Positions 32,146 to 36,893 of a stretch of DNA of 36,893 bases are shown in pieces. The stretch spans positions 23,685,143-23,722,035 of the forward strand of contig NC_069001.1 in the NCBI RefSeq assembly GCF_001194135.2, read 5' to 3'. The notes beneath the pieces were generated by a model. It did no database searches and was not told where the DNA came from. It worked only from the letters and a program-made list of their open reading frames with translations. Origin of the DNA: Octopus bimaculoides (taxonomy: Eukaryota). Each line of letters opens with the position of its first letter. Position 1 is the stretch's first letter. The translations under genes and the position numbers were made by a program.

Positions 32146-32849
32146 GCTACATAATATTTATCTATCTTTAAAGCAGTGTCCCAGTATAGCTGCAGTCTAA
32201 TGACTGAAGTAAAAGATAAAAGAAATATATTTGCTGTCTTTATTTCTGAGTTTTCTCCATGATAACTGCTTTTTCTCTCCTAAGATAGTTTCTTAGTCAT
32301 GCTGCATTATAAAAGAGGATGAAGTCAAAAATTACGCTATATAAAGGTAAGTAGCACATTCGATTCCTTATTTTGTTTACTAAATATTTATAATGGCTGG
32401 AGTGCTTTGAATTTTATGTAGTATGCTTTTGTTTTCTCTGGAAATAGTGATTCTCACTGGATATTATAATAATGATTTGGCAATTCCTTAGACAGTGCTG
32501 ATGGTAATTTTAAAGTTATGCAACATAAATAAACTTAGATTTTAAAAAGTGTATCCATGATATAACTGTTCTTGTCCTGTAAAACAATTACACGATGTTT
32601 AATGTATAATTTTATGTATTCATTAATGTGATGTAAAACGAAGAGGCTGCAAGGTTCAGAGAACTCATGTCTCCATTGAGATATCAATCATAGAGTTATC
32701 ACTCTTTTTTCACCCATTAGGAGTCATCACCTTAAATAATAAATATGACTCAACTTCCTGGAACTCACAAAAATGTTGATATCCTTATCGCTGGTGGTAA
32801 TATATTCTTTCTCAAATATTCTAGGTTTTTCTAAAAATTGTGATTTATA

Positions 32850-33779
32850 TAAGGTGGTATCAAAAGGTTCCTGCACTAGTTATTTTTAATTTTTAAAAAT
32901 AGCTTATTTACCTAAAGTATTAATTTCATCTCCTTTGAAATAGTCACCTTGTGCAGCAATACACTGGTTCCAGCATTCCTACTACTTTTGGAATTCAGCT
33001 TGGAAGTTATTTTCTGAAAGTGAGTCGAGGACCTTCGGTGATTTTCTCTGAATCATGACAATGGTATTAAACCAGTGAACCTTTGAGCTGCATTTTCATT
33101 TTGGAGAAGAGATGGAAGACCATAGGTGCTAAGTTTGGTGAATCGAGTAGATGCAGAAGCAATACCATGTTGTTTTCAGTGAGAAACTCACGAGTGAGGA
33201 GAGCTCAGAGGCAGGATGCATTGTCATAAAGAAGCCAATTCTTTGCACTCCACAGATCCAGTCACTTTCGCTGAATGTTTTCCCTCAAATGCTTCAAAAT
33301 GACACAACAGAACTCTCGATTGATGGCCTGGCTCCTGGGGGATGAATTATCGATGCACAGTGCCACATTTCTGCTGGTGATGCTTGTAGCAGGTCTTTCA
33401 GATTCCTCATCATCTTCCAAGGACGTTTTTCCATTTTTGAAGCACTTTTGCCACTTGAAACATTGTGTATGACACATTGACTCAACACCATAAGCTTGCC
33501 AAAGTATGCTCAATGTCTCTGTAGCAGACTTCCCAAGCTAAACACAAAATTTCACGTTGGCTCTTTGTTTCAACTTCCTTTTCATGACAAAATCACAGAC
33601 TAAAGCATACATGTAACGACAAAAACACAAATTTCACAACTTGTGGAGTAAACACAGCAACGTCACTCAACACACGGCTTCATGAAGGTCACATTTACCT
33701 CTCACAGTGCATGCAATCATGTGCTACCATCTGTTGGTGTGCTACAGAACTACTCTGGGAACTTTTTGATACCATCTCA
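32850..33779 (-). mobile_element. Mariner transposon, internally deleted and non-autonomous
   Basis: 31-bp TIRs (24/31 identical) with TA on both sides (32848-32849 and 33780-33781). ATG at 33585 gives MKRKLKQRANVKFCV*LGKSATETL...SLEDDEESERPATS, which jumps near 33365 to ...ENIQRK...SPNLAP. The WVPHxL region and first catalytic D are missing. Confidence 0.93.
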
Positions 33780-34319
33780 TATATATATGGTTAATATTCT
33801 GTTATGTTGAATTGCATGAATCTGCAGCATTTTAGCTCTGCATTATTGTGGAATACAATTTCTTTGAGCTAACCTTACAACATTTTTAATTTCGTGATGA
33901 ATAGAGTCAAGTAATTTTTTAGTAATTAAACCCACATAGAGTTTATTCATAGATATTTGATGTGTAGTCAGAAGTCAATTTTATGAACACTATGGGGAAA
34001 TATAAAGAGATTACCTGACAAAATATTCCATGCTGTCTTCTAGTTTTTGTTATTTTTAATCCTTATTTATAATGTTGTAGGTCTTGAGGCATAATTTCTT
34101 GTATGCTTTATTTAATGTTGTCTGACAGGAGCTTGTTGCATGTCATGAAGTCTATATTGCATATGTTTTTAATAAATGGTGAAAACATGAGTATTAGGTG
34201 ATTGTTCAAAGTGTTCAATACCAATTCAATTACTGGAAGGTAATTGAACAGAAGATTACTTAGAGAAGGCACACTCTTAATTTAAGTTATAGCTTTAATA
34301 CTAATATGAAAAATTCATA

Positions 34320-34364
<45 letters not shown>

Positions 34365-34396
34365 CCATACATACATACCATACATACATACAAAAG

Positions 34397-34541
34397 GTCA
34401 TTGGCATTAGGAAGGGCATCCACCCTTGAAGACCATGCTAAATCAGATTGGAGTTTGGTGCAGCCCCTCAGCTTACAAGTACTGGTCAAACCATGCAACC
34501 CATGCCAGCATGGACAATGGATGTTAAATGATGATGATGAT
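34397..34541 (+). mobile_element. RTE LINE 3' end (family B) next to (TA)n
   Basis: ttggcattaggaagggcatcc...gttaaatgatgatgatgat. Confidence 0.85.
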
Positions 34542-35650
34542 ATCCATCCCCCCACCCCAACCCCAGAAAAACAGGCCAAATGCTCAAGGAGAAAATATAA
34601 AGGAATACTCATTAAATTTATACTGCCCTGCAGAAGCCATCATATAAGAAGCAAGGGTGACATCCCTGAAACTTAAAATCGAAGCAGCACAAATTGATAC
34701 ACAAAAATGAGTTGGTATTGTATCCCTTTAAATCAAATACAGTGATAACAGCAATGATGAAGGTGGGAAAAGTTATTACCAATCATCTAAGACTTAGTAA
34801 TAAACATATCTTTGGATGAAGAGAATTTTTCAAATTTAGTCCTTACAGCATCAATCACATATGTTGATACCTTTTGTATAAAATCTGAATTTTTAACAAT
34901 TCTCCAGTTGGTATATTTTGTTGTTGTTTCTTTTAGATAACAAGTTTACTTTGAGAGCCTTGTTGTATTTCAGTTTCAAAAGTTTTGAATGAAGAATGAT
35001 TATATAATCTTCCTTAAATGTTCCTTCTTTCATACCAGTGTAGTATAAAGGCTTGTGCTATGGCTCAGCATCACTGATTTAAACTCTGCATTATATGTGG
35101 ATGCTTATGTATTACACGCATCCTTTCTGGAGGCATGTTATTTTGTGAGTAGTTGAGCAACTGGCAAATGTAAACACCCTATATAAGTCTTGTGAAGCAA
35201 ATGGTCATGTGTGAATGAGACATTGTCTCCATGTAAGTTTGAGTGATGAGTGTCGGAATGCAGAATTCTCCTTTAGTTCTTCTTTTATTGCTTGAATTTT
35301 CAATTTTATTTTTAGTTCATTGAACTGAAATTTCTTTTTGAATTATCGCTATGCAAACATTATTGTCATCAAAACCAATTTCTTTATTACAATTCATTTA
35401 GAAATCCCTGCAAGGTATCAGATTTAATTAACAATTGACAGAGCTCATTTACTTCCAGTTACTTCTCTTTGATTGTAAATTATGAACGTAAAATATGAAA
35501 AGGAAAAAGATGTTCCCAAAATGCACAAAATGCACCAAAAAGAAGTAAAAAGAAAACTTTGTAAATGTGCTGAAAATACATCTGTTAGTTGAGACTGTGC
35601 AAGCATTATGATGTATCAATCAGTGTCTAGTGTTAAATAATTAACATGTT

Positions 35651-35800
35651 TGTTGGTGTTAGGATGGACATCCAGCTGTAGAAACTTAGCCAAATCAGAC
35701 TGGATCCTGGTGCAGCTCTCCTGCTTGCCAGCCCTGGTCAAACTGTCCAGCCCATGCCAGCAAAGGAAAATGGGCATTTAAGGATGATGATGATGATGAT
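35651..35800 (+). mobile_element. RTE LINE 3' end (family B)
   Basis: gttggtgttaggatggacatccagctgtagaaac...(GAT)n. Confidence 0.8.
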
Positions 35801-36206
35801 TTGTGCATTTCAAATAAAATGGGTTGACATGGTTATTTACAATAGCAAAAGTATATAGAAATTTACTGTATATAGATTCTATTAATTGCTTTTCAATTTC
35901 ACACAATACAACTTGTTTTCGTTATACATATATAAACGCTTGTGTGTATGTTTTAGCAAAACATGATTTTTTTTTTACTATGAAATCGATTATTATTCTA
36001 TTATATACCAAAGCAGTATATAAACAATACATTGTACCTATGTTGACATTTCTCTCTTCTTGCGCCTTCCTCTGTGCCTCATTTCTGTCTCATATTTGGG
36101 TCTGTCACTCACTTTCCATTTCATTCGTTGCAAATACCTCCTATCTCCCACCCACTTTTTTCAGGTATTCACATCTCCCTTAATTCTACACTGCATATCT
36201 GCTTTT

Positions 36207-36353
36207 CAATTTGGGACACATGCACACACATGTATGTATGTATGTTTGTATATGTACATATGTATGTATGTTTATGTATATACGTGTGTGTTTATGTGTG
36301 TATGTATGTACATATATATGTACGCATACATGTTTGTGTGTATGTATACATGC

Positions 36354-36403
<50 letters not shown>

Positions 36404-36410
36404 ATGCATG
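36207..36410. repeat. (TATG)/(TG)/(TA) compound microsatellite
   Basis: Direct reading. It is the source of the ORFs at 36060-36485. Confidence 0.95.
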
Positions 36411-36819
36411 TACCCAACCTCTCTAAAGATACCTCCAAAGTTAACACCTAAAATAGTCAAAGGACAATNNNNNNNNNNAATCTGAGATTTTACTTCTGTT
36501 GTTTCATTTCACACACAACACACACACACATGTATGAATAATGTTGCTTCCTAGTAAGTCTTCACCAGCTCAATAAATTCTTCATTGACAAACAGAGTTA
36601 TGACAATATACACACATGGACGCATGCACACAGACACACACACACACACACACACACACAATGTAACAAATGGAAAAACGCTTAAAAATATTTGCTCTCT
36701 GCCCAGAGAATTACCATATCAAGAGAGTAATCGCTATGCCATACATCTCACTTTCATCAATTATTACTCTTTACTCCTATCTCACACACCATCTTATTTC
36801 TGTCTGATCTATATGTATA

Positions 36820-36822
<3 letters not shown>

Positions 36823-36893
<71 letters not shown>
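36823..36893. repeat. (CT)n(TA)n microsatellite at the window end
   Basis: Direct reading. Confidence 0.95.

Overview
A strongly AT-rich, repeat-saturated eukaryotic window with four N gaps. The repeat families look like octopus (Octopus sp.); that assignment comes from recall of cephalopod repeats, not from a database search. No intact protein-coding gene is supported. Most long ORFs in the track are microsatellite or SINE read-throughs. The content is: (i) many tRNA-derived SINE copies from several modular families; (ii) 5'-truncated RTE LINE ends with (GAT)n tails, plus one ~0.9 kb decayed RTE ORF; (iii) decayed Penelope-like (PLE) RT and GIY-YIG remnants and a HERO-like C-terminus; (iv) an internally deleted mariner with both TIRs, a Tc1/mariner-superfamily right end, a hAT/Charlie MITE and TTAA-flanked MITEs; (v) several long fold-back palindromes and microsatellites. 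The most notable signal is six hammerhead-ribozyme-like (HHR) motifs. One (6650-6688) keeps a complete catalytic core inside a dispersed ~125 bp repeat. Two others share an unusual 57-nt insertion at helix II. All alignments and translations were done by eye, so repeat boundaries are approximate (about +/-10-20 bp) unless a TIR or TSD fixes them.
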